A stretch of DNA of 64,000 nucleotides, taken from contig NC_045138.2 of the NCBI RefSeq assembly GCF_008831285.2, positions 33,170,001 through 33,234,000 on the forward strand. Reading direction: 5' to 3'. Shown piece after piece: positions 13,471-25,821 of this stretch (position 1 is its first letter; each line of letters begins with the position of its first letter). Under the pieces are notes generated by a model, which did no database searches, was not told the DNA's origin, and was given only the letters and a program-made list of their open reading frames with translations. The position numbers were made by a program, and so were the translations under genes. Source of the stretch: Nymphaea colorata (Eukaryota).

Positions 13471-13744
13471 TTCTTGTAATGGACCATGGACCTTCATCAT
13501 ATTCCCAAATGTTTCTACGACAATTAATTTGGGCTGCATAAAGAGGAAACATTTTTTGACAATAAGACTGTCTTAGACAAGTGCGGTCCACCAATTAAGA
13601 AGAAAAGGAAGAAAAAGAGGAAAAAAAAACATACCAGACAACGACTGTTGAAGCCTGTCTACAACAATGCGCTGCCTCATTGAGCCTTCCCTTGCTCATG
13701 ACAAATTTGACCCGCCATCAGCAAAATTAGGTCACAAGTCATAA
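13471..13744 (-). pseudogene. SEC: Two consecutive decayed TPR exons of O-GlcNAc transferase SECRET AGENT with retained ~100-nt intron
   Basis: 13737-13635 reads L*PNFADGGSNL/(frameshift)MSKGRLNEAAHCCRQA (cf. LRPNFADAWSNLASAYMRKGRLxEAxQCCxQA) and ends at GTATG. 13533-13471 reads ...FGNMMKVHGPLQE (cf. LGNLMKAQGLxxE), flanked by GCAG and GTGAGT. Confidence 0.8.
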
Positions 13745-15482
13745 CTGCAAATACAAGAAAAGCAGAATTATAAGAAAGATCTAAGCAATATTTAGAACTA
13801 GGCAAGGATAGGAGAAGAAACCACACAAAACAAAAACCAATAATGTCATTAATGCTAGGAAGTACAATGGACAGGCCCAAATATAACTAAACAGATAAAA
13901 GTATTTAGCAACAAACAAAGAAAAACGACAACGCATGAAAGTCCGATATTCATATGACATCCATGTTGTAAGCAGACCCCTCTCCAAAGCACGCTAGTTA
14001 ATGGCTGGAAGGTGTTGCTGTGACCAATAGGCCACAGGCTGACAGCAACAATTTTGGTTGCATTCCAATCTTAGCCTATAGTGAGATGATCACATATGCA
14101 ATAATGCACTGATTTTAACAATATGCAGTCTTTTTTACTTTGATATCATACAACCCAATAGTATTTTACTGAATTTATGTTAACATTTAAATATGAAAAC
14201 GGCTTTCTAATAAAAAATTTCAAAATTTTTCGAAAAAGCATCCAACAGATCGTAACAACCCAAAACAAATGCATTAGAATGAGATCAGGAGCAAAGACTG
14301 AAAAGTCATCCATACTGATTGAAATGGAATGCAATCAGTGACGGAGCCACATCTGCTACTGGAGCAAATGCTAGTGACTGAGCATGGCCAGTACCTAACA
14401 ACGGAGTCACAGGCGAGAAACGCTGTGAGAACCATTTCAGTATTTAAAAATTAAGAATTTAAGAGACGATTTAATAATCACAAAAGGGAAGAGGAGCAGA
14501 AAGAAGACTACAAGGAATCATCTTTTTATCATCAGTTTAACCATACTTCCAGCTTCAATGAGGTCTCTAATAAAATAATTCCTGCTTCAATGAACACGAA
14601 CACATGTGCTAAACATTGAAGATGAGCAGGGACTAATCCTCAAAAAATTTTCAACTATTGAAACCGCTCTGGCTCTTGCATGGGTGCAAAATAAAGAGGT
14701 GCATGGTGAAGAATTTTTTGAATGAAGGGTCACAACCAGTGAAGCTTGCAGCACACGTTCTCCGACAAAATTAACAATTCTGTAAATTCAATTACCTATT
14801 AGTATATGAAACTTGTCCAACTTGGCAAATCCTATGTGGGGCTCAAAGTGAAGGGAGCCAAGAGCTTTATGATATAATATGACATGTTTCTATACGGAGG
14901 AGATGGAAGTGGCCAGACTTAAAAGAGGAGAGGGTTTGGAAAGAGGAGGGCAGCCGGATGCATAGCTGGGTCTGTCTCTGCAAATCGGCCATTTGTCTGA
15001 ACCTCAAGGACAACCCTTACCGTCGTGCGCGAGCAAGCTAATGAGTACAGTGATCATATGTTCCTCAAATACAGAAAAGGCAACAAAGATCCAATGAATT
15101 TTGGCCACTGTAAGATATTCAATGACTCAATCAGTTGGACTTAGAACAAATATCAACTTTTTCAAAGATAAAGCATATCTAAAACGACCGTCCCTATGTT
15201 AAAAGGGCGAAGAAGACCTGCGATTTGGGGAAACACAGGCAGGAAACACAGGCAGTTTGGAAATAAAATGCGATAGAAAGAGGCAAGCCTGCGCCGTACC
15301 TCGACAGAGATGAGGAAGAGGAGCTGATGCAGACGTGCGGCACGAGAATGAGCAGCCGCATGCGGGAGATCTTCTGTGAGAGGAAGACGAGCCTTCTCCA
15401 CGGGCAAGGGCAAAAAAAAGAAATTATGTCGCGCTGAAGAAGGAAAGAGGGCGGGTAGGGCACGATAAACCTTCCCTCTCAA

Positions 15483-15595
15483 CAAACTTTCAAAATAGAC
15501 CCAAATATTATGTAGTATTTAAAACACACACTTTAGTTTAAAAAATTTCATAAACTGCCCTTTTAAAAAGTTACGGTCGAAACGGAGGGACTCAC
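15483..15595 (+). mobile_element. Mutator (MULE) TIR-like remnant
   Basis: TTTCAAAATAGACCC...TTTCATAAACTGCCCTT arrangement typical of MULE TIRs. Similar motifs near 52866 (inverted) and 53108. No TSD or paired TIR established. Confidence 0.35.
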
Positions 15596-15598
15596 CGT

Positions 15599-15757
15599 GC
15601 ATATGGGATGTCTGAAGCAACAAGGGATTTGTGGGAACTATGGAGCATGGTTTCTTGTCATCCTCTTGCTCGCCCATCAGAAGTGGATCCTGCCCGAAAG
15701 TTGGAGTGGGAGAACTTTCAAAGATCATCTGAATACAATTCATTTGGAAGTTCCTAA
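15599..15757 (+). pseudogene. Unidentified protein C-terminal coding remnant followed by 3'UTR-like sequence
   Basis: Stop-free frame AYGMSEATRDLWELWSMVSCHPLARPSEVDPARKLEWENFQRSSEYNSFGSS* starts abruptly at the edge of the TIR-like segment. Family not recognised. Confidence 0.35.
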
Positions 15758-17327
15758 TGGGGATTACGTGATTGAGTATGCTGACTGCTGATGATTATCA
15801 TGGATATGAAGGCAATCGATAGACATCTTGCTTTGTTCATCAAGTGTTTGATCCGGTGTTCAGTTTCAAGGAAAGGAACAAACGAAGGTCAAGATCAAGG
15901 GGAATGAGGTCACGTGGTCAACAATGGGAAGATGCATCAGGTCCACCTGAAGATACCAGTGGTTTTGTTAGGCCTCGTTTTTCTGCCAAGCCAGGACGAT
16001 CTGGCCAAACTGGGTCCTTTGGTTTAATATTTTTTTGTTGAGGTGTCTGTAATTGTCTCCTATTAAACATCTAAATTTTGTCTCCTCTTTGTTTTTGTTT
16101 TTGTGATAAAGCACGTTATTCAACCTTTTTTCTTTAGAGAATATACAAAGAACTAAATGGTCTTCAGGCTGGCAATTTTGTTGAAGGTATCTCTTTTTTA
16201 AAAGCCAAAAGAAGGGTACTCTCTCTGTAAACATGAAGCTTGTGCAGGTAGACTTGCTCATGATTCCAAAAAATTGTGATGTGCCAAGGATCCATATTAA
16301 TGTAAATTTTATTTTCACCCAAACACAGAATTTGCTTGCATGGTGTTCATTTATTGTCCAGCTTGGTTGTCAAACATGGAAGTAGATTTGTTGCTCCAAC
16401 TCTATGACCTGCCTTCTGCTACTATCTTCATCTGCATTATACCTGAAATGTTCGCTATTGGTGACAGGTCGAGGAGGAGACATCGTTCTCCGGTTCAAGA
16501 CAACTAGTCCATTATGGGCACGTTAATTGTGACTTCTATTATATGTTTCTGTACATCCATGATGTTCATATGGCTGTAAATTTAACAGATGTTTAGTTTT
16601 CTTGAAATTTCTTTTGCAATTGCATTGTTGCTCCGTGCAGGCATGAAAAATTTATTATTCTGACTGGCACATTGTTTGATAGTTGGACAAGCTTACTTAT
16701 TTCATGAGTCTAATAATGCCTAAATTATCAAGCCGAACGGGTTGATCATGGACAGGATGTGCCTAGTTTGCTAGTCGTAACAACAATTTCGTTGGAACTC
16801 TTCGTTTATTTTACTTTGTAAACGTTTGAGTATGCATTTAAGGTTATGAATAAATGGTTTCTGACTCCTAGTAATTCATTATCTCTGTAGCAATTTTATT
16901 TCTGAATCGAATCTTAAAGCCAAATGGTTAAGATATTCGGTAAATCCAATTGGCATTGGAATCTTTTGTGAATCGAATTTGATGAAAAAATAATTTTAAA
17001 ACAATAAATAAATAAAAAATTAAAAATACCAAAACAAGAGAAAGACTAAAAATAGTATAAAGGCGCAAATGCTTAAGAAAAAAAAAAAGTATAGAACACA
17101 ACATCAATACACAGATTACACCGTGTCATACTTGCCTGCTCATGGATGGTCAGTTCCCCTGCATTGATCTGATCCAGGTCGAATGTGAAACTAAAATAAT
17201 TATCCAACTTCCTTACACGCTGGTCTCTACCACAACGCGACTCGTGTTTACCGTCGGCTTCCCGTCGGAAAACAGATCGTATGTGGATCTGAACCATATC
17301 AGAACTGTATCCAATCCGTTTAACTTA

Positions 17328-17368
17328 TTTGGCGGGAAAATCCGTTGGGTTCCAACGTGCATATAAAA
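17328..17368 (+). promoter_or_regulatory. Overlapping E2F sites plus TATA box upstream of the RPA2 pseudogene
   Basis: TTTGGCGGGAAAA (TTTGGCGG on +, TTTCCCGC on -) at 17328-17340 and TATAAAA at 17362-17368, about 140 nt before ATG 17508. Confidence 0.7.
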
Positions 17369-20300
17369 GGGGTTCACCACCCAACCGAGGGCGTTGGACC
17401 TTTCGTTTCTGCAGCGCGCGAAAGAGTAAAAGAAAAACAGCCAAAGAAGCGAGAAAAATTCTTCTGCGCTTCGTTCGATCTTGGGCGGTCCGTCTTCTGT
17501 AGGAGTGATGTACTCGATCAAGTATGACAGCAACCCACTCTTCTCCGCCAGCCTCGAATCTCACGGTCATCCGAATTTTTTCTTCATATTCTTTTTTCTT
17601 TTTCCTCGGATCTCACGGTCATCCGAATTTTTTCCTTGCACGTTGTTTTCGCAGAAGTGACGAAACGGCGGGGTCATTCCATTGACGGTGAAACAGATAA
17701 ACCCTGTGCATAACCTGTCTGATGATAATTCAAAGCAGGAAAGGCAGTTTGGGTTCCACCGTATTCATATAAAATGTGTTCACCACGGCATCCACCAATA
17801 GCAATCAATTTGAGGCTTAGGGTTTGGTTTCTACAGCTCGGGAAAGAGAAAAAGCAGCGGAAGAGGAGCGAAAAATATTATTCCGGCTTGTCTACGTTCA
17901 AGGTGATCGTGGAATCCTTGTCACCCAAAACTGGTCCAGTCCTCCGATCTCACGGTCATCACTGTCTTTTGAGTCGGGAATTGATCTGAATCGTTTCTTG
18001 CACGTTGTATCGCAGAAGCGAGGAAATGGCAAGGTCATTCTGTTCACTATGAAACTGTACGAGGTTTCTTCAGATTTTCCTCCTCTTTCTGTAAGATCGT
18101 TTTCATCGATTCACTTTTCTTGGGACTTCTGCTTTAGTTGTTCTTTTCCCTGTTTCGTTTTCTAGGTTGTCTTTTTTTCATTTATTAGGTCATAATTTGA
18201 AATAGCATTCGCTCTCTTATTCTGGAAGAACATAGTTTATTATGAAAGAAAAACACCTTTCATGAATCTAAAAATCTGTAGATCGCAGTTTCTTTTTTAA
18301 AATTTTATTTATTATACTAATTGTTGCATGCAGTCGCAGAGTATGTTGGCATGTTGATAGTACCTATACATTTTTTGGCTGAGTTATTAACTTGAAACTT
18401 TTACGCCCTCTGTTGTTCTCACTAAAACCCTATCCGCTTGGTGCTTTAAATTTCCTTTTTGGAATTTGGTCAAGAGATGTAGTTTTGAAGTTAATCTATT
18501 TCCGGCTTACGGTTCACATGCTTCTAAATCTGGTCAGGAAACCTAACTACGATTTGATCCGGCTCATAAATCAAGGTTAATAACTAAAATTTGGTCAAGT
18601 GACTACCCACCGTGACCATTCATCGTCGGCAATCAAGGGTCTGTTCATCTTGCAAGAAGCTAGTCAGATGTTCAGCTATATATTTCATTGAATTAAGTTA
18701 TGAACCTTTCACCCCGGGGTTGGGCATTCTATGAACGTCAATCAAATGCTACCACTTGCTCTGGCTTTTCTGTCTGAATTTACTTTTACTGCATGAGGTT
18801 GGGTGCGGGAAGGCCCATCTGTCTTGAAGTTTTATGACGTATCCTTTCTGGTTCTCATCTATTTGTTGCACTACTTACTTAAATTACATTGCTTGGAAGG
18901 TGGCATTGGTGGGAATGGTGTTGTACAAACTTGAAAAGGTTACTGATGTTCACAATTCGTCCTAGATGATGGAATGGGAAGAATTGATGTTACCTGATGG
19001 TAGGTTATTCAAATGTCTGCCGGTACGTTAGTCCTGTAATTACCTTCTGATTTGAAACATTGTGCCTTCAACATTTTTTATAGTAAACTTGGTAAGCGTC
19101 GATCATATTTCTCAGGGTAAATGATGTGTAGGAATCAAATGAAATTTCTTTGGTTGAGTAAGCTTCTTCCTTGGCTATCTAATTTAACTAGTGCTTTCAT
19201 AATCCACAGAAAACCGCATGAAGTGCTGTTTGTCATAAGTTGAACTCTAGCAGCCTTGGTCCAGATGTTGCGTACGTGAAAAGCACCGACTGCTATGTAA
19301 AATTTCTCTTTCTCTACCATATGCAAATTTTGGGAGCCATTTTCTAGTTTGTCACGTGGTCTCCCGATCTTATTTATTAAGGCAATATTTCCTTTGCAGG
19401 AATGGCTGTTATGTTTGTGTTCATGGTCCTTTGAAGATGTTCCAAGGAAAAAGGCTTTTAAACTCTTTCTGTGTAAGGTATGCACAAAAAAAAAAAATTA
19501 TGTAAATTTTCTTTAAATAACATGCTTCTCTAAGCCTTGATTGTGCACCTTGATTATTTTGTCCACTTCATTTTTGTGATTGTGTTGCTCAATGTAGCTA
19601 AGACAATTTCTGGAAACTGCAACTTGTGGCAAATGGCAGCCAATTTTCTAGCTGTTTTGTCAAAGCACTGGAATATCAAATAAACTAAAACATGGTATAT
19701 GCTTTGAAGTGGTAGTGTTTGTGCCTTTGCTGCAAAGGGTTGGAGACAGGGTTTCTAGCTGGTAAAAGTATCTTGGTAGTGGTTTGCATTTCCTCATTCA
19801 TGCTTTGGAGTTTGGATTTTATGTATTAAAACTTAAAAGTAATGTCGTTGTGGCTTGGCCAGGCCCAGAACCCTGAAAAGCTTATTTATATTCATCTGGA
19901 ATAGCTTTAGACCATGTTCGGTCCTTCGTTGTATACGCTTAGGAGGCAAGCGCTAAACCATAAGCACATATATTGGCAATATTTTCAAACTATCATGAAG
20001 AATCACAAAAAAGAATAAACAACAAAGAATTGCAAGGCCTTTTTTCTCAAAATTAATTTTAAATATTTTCAAAACATTTTAATCATTAATTGAATCTTTA
20101 CTAATGTTTTTTCTAAGAAAATTAGTTGGAAGTTCATAATTTAATATTCTCTCCATGGTTTTTATGTATTTTTCAATTTCTGCAAGACCTTGCATCAAAC
20201 ATACAAGCAGACACATGCATACTTATGATACATGGTTTTATATATATGTGCAGTGTTATGAGAATGCGGTTGGTTATAGTTGCCTTAAAACTTGGCACCT

Positions 20301-20904
20301 AATGAGCCTGGTTAGAAATGAGTTCAGGATATCTATGAACAGGTATCATCACCCTTAATGTTCTTAAGTAGGTTCTCCAGTTGGTTGGGATTGTCAGTGC
20401 TTAGTACCACCTAATCTTAGTAGTCAAAGGTGCAGCTAGGTGCCCACCTAAGTACTTGTTACCAGGCTGATTGACTAGGCATCACATTTAGGTTGCACTG
20501 CCTGGCGGAGCTGAATAGATGCTGATCATGAGATTTTTCCATTTTAATCTCAATATTTCTGCAGTTCACTATTTTTATATGATTTTTTCTAGACTTTTTA
20601 CTTGGTCAGCAGCCTCGGCCAATGTAGCACCTTTTGCTACTGAGTGTATGCACCTAATGAACATGTTCAGCAAGAAAAGGGTGCCTAACCTATTTTTGGT
20701 GACTGCATCTTATCTATAGTTACGATATCATGGTTTTGCTAGAAGACAAGGGAAGAAGCAGAGGCTTAAAACACCTGAATGCAGGCTGTCATGCTTGTTC
20801 CTGTTTTTTTTATCACAATACACAATGTTGAGGATGAGAAGAGGCTTATCTATAGTAATCTATTTTTGAATGTAAAGAATCTGTTTAATAGCTTGAGATG
20901 ACTC

Positions 20905-21690
20905 CAGATGATAGATTGCTTCGGTATGGTCTACGATGAAAGCTCTCTTTGGGATTATCGAGGTTGGAGAACAAGGCTACAGATTTGAACTAATGGAACG
21001 TTAATTTGGTATGGTCTATGACTATGATGTAAGCTCTCCCAAGTGAAGTATTGACCCAAATGTAACTTAATCCTAGAGGACTTGGTAATGGATCGGCTAA
21101 CTGGTTTAGGATCACCTGATCCTGGACTATTGCTTACAGCGCCAAGTTAATTATTACCCAAGGTCACTAAGAAATAAACTAATAGTTGTTTATTTGAAAA
21201 GCACTAATTTTGTGCATGTGTGTGTGCATATATATATATATATATATATAAATAGTGATTTCTTTAAGTAAATCTGCATGATATAGACTACATCAATCTT
21301 ATTTCCTTCCATTTCAAAGTTTTTTGGTGTTAAGGTCAACACATTTGATGTAAGACTACACCAGTCTTATTTCCTTCCATTTCAAAGTCTTTTGGTGTTA
21401 AGGTCAACACATTTGATGTAAGACTATACCAGTCTCATTTCCTTCCATTTCAAAGTCTTTTGGTGTTAAGGTCAACACATTTGATGTATGACTACACCAG
21501 TCTACATTCTGTTGTGATATTTTGAAAATGATATGATGTTTTTCTCAATTATTTGCAATTTTGAATTATTAATTTTTGTATGATTGTGCCATGAGTAAAA
21601 TTTGTATTATATCGATGCAATTTACATGGTTTGATATGTATTTACTCAAGCCCTGAGATGCCAAAATCAACATGCAATAAAAGCCTAAAG
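20905..21690 (+). repeat. Duplicated segment, copy 1 (inside an RPA2 intron)
   Basis: Aligns by eye with 23955-24557 from GATAGATTGCTTCGGTATGGTCTACG to GCAATAAAAGCCTAAAG. Confidence 0.9.
21286..21503 (+). repeat. 68-bp minisatellite, ~3.2 copies
   Basis: GACTA starts at 21286, 21354, 21422 and 21490. Unit contains TTCCTTCCATTTCAAAGT...GGTCAACACATTTGATGTA. Confidence 0.92.
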
Positions 21691-23954
21691 GCAGAATTCA
21701 TAACCTTAAAAAAGGATATATGGTTTACTGTGAATTGAGTGAAAGATGTTATTATACTGTTCATCATGCTTGCTTTAGCATTGGGTCAGTCCATCAGTTG
21801 TCATATTATACACATACAACACCAACTCTAGCGAAAAAAACTCACTTTTAAAAGCAGAAGGGGTAATGTTGTTTTGTTTTCCACACCTAATTCTTTCTCC
21901 TTATGGCTGCTATCTTGACACTTTAATTACTCGTTTTATATGCTCCAACTTATTATAAAAATGAAAAGTTTGCACCATCAAAACTTTCCACTAGGGTTTT
22001 CATCTCACTTTTACTATTTTTTTGCAGATTATTTGTTCAGATATTCAAGAATTTAACAGTGAATGTCACATGCCGCATCCCCCAAACAACTTTTGCATGA
22101 AGGTGTAAGTGCTTCTTTTGTACAATAGAATCATTTCGTAGGTCATGTTTTAATATATAGTTCATGAACAAACCGGCAAGTACAGAATACAAGCAGTTGA
22201 GAATATATCCATCAGGTAATTGTGTTGGTTGAGTACTTCTAACTCACGTTTATCACTCCTTAGAGCACAGCCATCAGATGACATGAACTGATGCATTTTT
22301 TCCATGTTTACATAAGCATCTTTTGTGAAAATAATATTTCATTAGAATGTTTTTGTTTATTTGTGTCATAAGCATGTTGGTATGTTTTGTCTTTGTGTCT
22401 GAATCTTGAGCGTCAGATGTATCTATGTTAAATATTACATATTGCAAGAATTCACTGCTCAACTTTTTTACTCCTAAGCTTGAAAAAGGCTCTTAGAATC
22501 CTCCCATGGATTTTAAAAGCTTTTTCTTCTTGGCACTGCTTAGAAGCTGTTAGAGGGCAGGAACATGATCGTCTTCTAATTTTTGTCCTTTGCTTCTATT
22601 TTCTTTTTTCGGTCTTGTGGACATAGTTCATAACAATACCTGAGAACTTGGTGGCATGTAGGAATAAAAGGTGTTTTCAGATAAGAGTTGTGTTTTTGGG
22701 CCTTCAGCTACCTCTACTCACTTCTTACAAGAAAACCTAGCAACAACCCGCACACTCAATTCCTAATCCCCGATTAGAGCAATCTCTCATGCGGGGAAAA
22801 CCCTTCATTAACATTCGATCACCTAAATGTTGACCTAACGACCCCATTGTAAGTGTCAACTGGGTCTATCCAATGGACTTGGTCGACAATCTAAACCCAT
22901 GGCTATTAGTTTTTGATTGCAGACCAATGGGCTATCCCTTCCATTCAATAGTGGTAATTGTTGCTATCTTATTATTGTTTTTCACTTGTGCAATATCTGT
23001 TAAGATTTTGCTATGCTGACATCATTGATACCTTTTTGAATTTTTAAATGGTCAAGTTCAGTATTTTATCAATAGAATACGATTATTAGGACCATTAAAC
23101 TGTCACAACCACCAGGTATAAGGTTGACATAGGTAGTGTAGCCTAGTGATGCAGAAAGTTTGGTTAAGTTAGGTCAATTAGGTCCTCCTCTCCCTTTTCT
23201 TGAAGATATGTTGTTTTGCTAACGATGGAGCAGTATCGTCAAATGATAGAGATTTTGGATAACGATTTCATCATTAAAGATTCATTTAAGATTTCCTCAA
23301 TAAGCAAGGATTTTGTCCAAAGTATATCTAAGGGCACAAGGAAGGCTAAATCTTGCTTGTCCCATGTTTCTATCATTCTATGTTAATTCCGATCTAGAAA
23401 CATGTGTGGCAGTTTTCTCATTGGACAGTTTTGGAGCTGCTAGCCTGTGAGTTGATATGCAACGAGTTTGTTCTTAGAAAAGTTTGTAGCTACCTTGATC
23501 TAATTACTGTTTTTGGTTTCATAGAGCTATAGAACAAGGATTGCATGTGGATGAAGTCAGGCGGCCAGGGTTGCCCAAGAAGCGTGTTCTGTAAGGCTTT
23601 CTCTCTCTGTCTCTCTCTTTCTCGTGTTCATCACTAGTATTTTTCATTTTTGCAGTGAAATGATTGATTTTTTGGCAAGCGAAGGATTTATCTATTCAAC
23701 TATTGATGATGACGATTACAAATCAACCACTAATGCTAGGATGCTGAAGTTTTTTGGTCATGTTGGGGTATTGTAAAATGTAACTACTTTATTTTCATTC
23801 AAGTTCCTTACATTTATTTGGTGCTATACGAACCTTATACAACTGGGCATGAGCTTTTGAGCGCACAACTTGTTGGAGGATTTTGTGGCTTTTCCTATTT
23901 TGTATATTTTTTTTCAGCCTAAGTCGGTGGAAACTAAGCTGCGTAATGAGCAAT

Positions 23955-24207
23955 CAGGTGATAGATTGCTTCGGTATGGTCTACGTTGAAAGCTCCCCTT
24001 GGGATTATCAAAGTTGGAGAACAAGGCTACAGACTTGAACTAATGGAATGTTAATTCGGTATGGTCTATGATGTAAGCTCTCCCGAGTGAGGTATTGACC
24101 CAAATGTAACTTAACCCTAGAGGACTTGGTAATGGATGGGCTAACTGGTTCAGGATCACCCGATTCTGGGCTATTGCTTACAGCGCCAAGTTAATTATTA
24201 CCCTAGG

Positions 24208-24252
<45 letters not shown>

Positions 24253-24557
24253 GTGCACAAAAATTAGTGCTTATCAAATATATATAGTGATTGCTTTAAG
24301 TAAATCTGCATGATATAGACTACACCCGTCTTATTGCCTTCCATTTCAAAGTCTTTTAGTGTTAAGGTGAAGACATTTGATCAGTTGTGATATTCTGAAA
24401 GTGATATGATGCTTTTCTCAATTATTTGAAAATTTGAATTCTTAATTTTTGTATGATTGTGCCATGAGTAAAATTTATATTATATAGATGCAATTTACAT
24501 GGTTTTGATATGTATTTACTCAAGCCTTGAGATACCAATTGCAATAAAAGCCTAAAG
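23955..24557 (+). repeat. Duplicated segment, copy 2 (3' of the RPA2 last exon)
   Basis: Direct copy of 20905-21690. Contains a (TA)~20 run at 24212-24251 and one copy of the 68-bp unit. Confidence 0.9.
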
Positions 24558-25821
24558 ATAATATTGTTTTCTCGTCAAATATAAATGTTGGGCATATGAT
24601 CACCAGACATAGATGTTGATCGAGGATGGTTTTGGAAAAAGAGATGTCTATTATTTGAATGATTTATGATCTCCAATTATTTTGTGTGTTTTGTGTCAAT
24701 AAGAGAAGTGAAATGCACATCTGAGAAGGCAAACAGTAGTAGCTACTATGAACTGACAATTGAGATATGCCTACAAAAGAAAGCATATGAAAAGGAAAAA
24801 TCGTTACTGAAAACAAGAAATAAAGCAGTTTTGGTTTTTGAGTTCTAAAATCCTTCTGTGGTGAAACCGGGTGTATAACCTTTTGTTGGTTTCTAAACTT
24901 TCTCCACTTGCTCATGGTTGTTCAATTGTCTGGAGAATTACGAATGGCCTTATTAGTTTTATTTTAATCTGTTACTATTCGTTATTCATGAAAACACAAC
25001 ATTGTATATGGAAATATTAGGAAGAGAATCTACCATAGCAGGCCATTGTCTTCATTAAATATGGTTGTTTCTATATGTGCTCTTTGAGTTTGACATTGTA
25101 TAAATGCTTTCAATTGCTTTATTTTGTTCACATGTTTTTAAAGTCACATGACTAGACTTTTCTTCTTTGTCACTTTCACAAGTGACCATTGCAGATGTTG
25201 AAATTATCCTTGACCCAGCTGTCTGTCGAGGATTCTCTGCAATGGAAAAACCCACAAGAATGATGATTAGAAATGCTTGAATTATCTGCTTTTTGTTGGA
25301 TGGTTCATGGGCATGATGGGGGGTTAGGTTTTTTTCTTTCCTATCTACAGTACCCCTACAAAATGCAACTTTAGCCAAAGAGGAGCACTGCATAACCTAG
25401 ACTTAGTGGGGTCTCTTCCATATGCACAGGTCTCTCTCTGTCTCTCTTGCACACACACAGATAGATATGTCATGAACATGTGTGTGTGTCTCTCTCTTTG
25501 TCTTACCCAAATAGAAAGACACATGTGCACGTGCACAAGTACTGAAAAACATGTATTTGTTGATGTGCAGCTAGTGCTTGAATTCTTATGGAATTTCTAA
25601 AATATCACAACGCAGGTGGATATGGCTGAGTGGTGTATTAGTGCAGCCTAGAAAAGGATAGAACTGTGCCTTATGGGCCCACTGTTCAAATGTGCATATA
25701 TAGTGTTTTTATTTTCAGAGCTAACAGAATCCACAGTATTGGAATTTGTTCCTGCAGGTCAGGTCAGGAGATTTCCGTGTAGTTTCTTCCTACCAATGCT
25801 AATAAACAGAAGCTAAAAACA

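Larger units (their letters stand above)
17508..23776 (+). pseudogene. RPA2: Replication protein A 32-kDa subunit unprocessed pseudogene
   Basis: Exons in the expected order with compatible phases: 17508 MYSIKYDSNPLF; 18900-18999 VALVGMVLYKLEKVTDV/fs/FVLDDGMGRIDVT*W; 19116-19157 VNDV*ESNEISLV; 19400-19477 NGCYVCVHGPLKMFQGKRLLNSFCVR; tentative 20593-20680; 23525-23590 AIEQGLHVDEVRRPGLPKKRVL; 23656 onward EMIDFLASEGFIYSTIDDDDYKSTTN. Two premature stops and a frameshift. Confidence 0.88.

Noticed and set aside
14600..15050. Possible LINE reverse-transcriptase-associated (zf-RVT-like) remnant on +
   Set aside because: Only vague W/H spacing similarity and no diagnostic motif.
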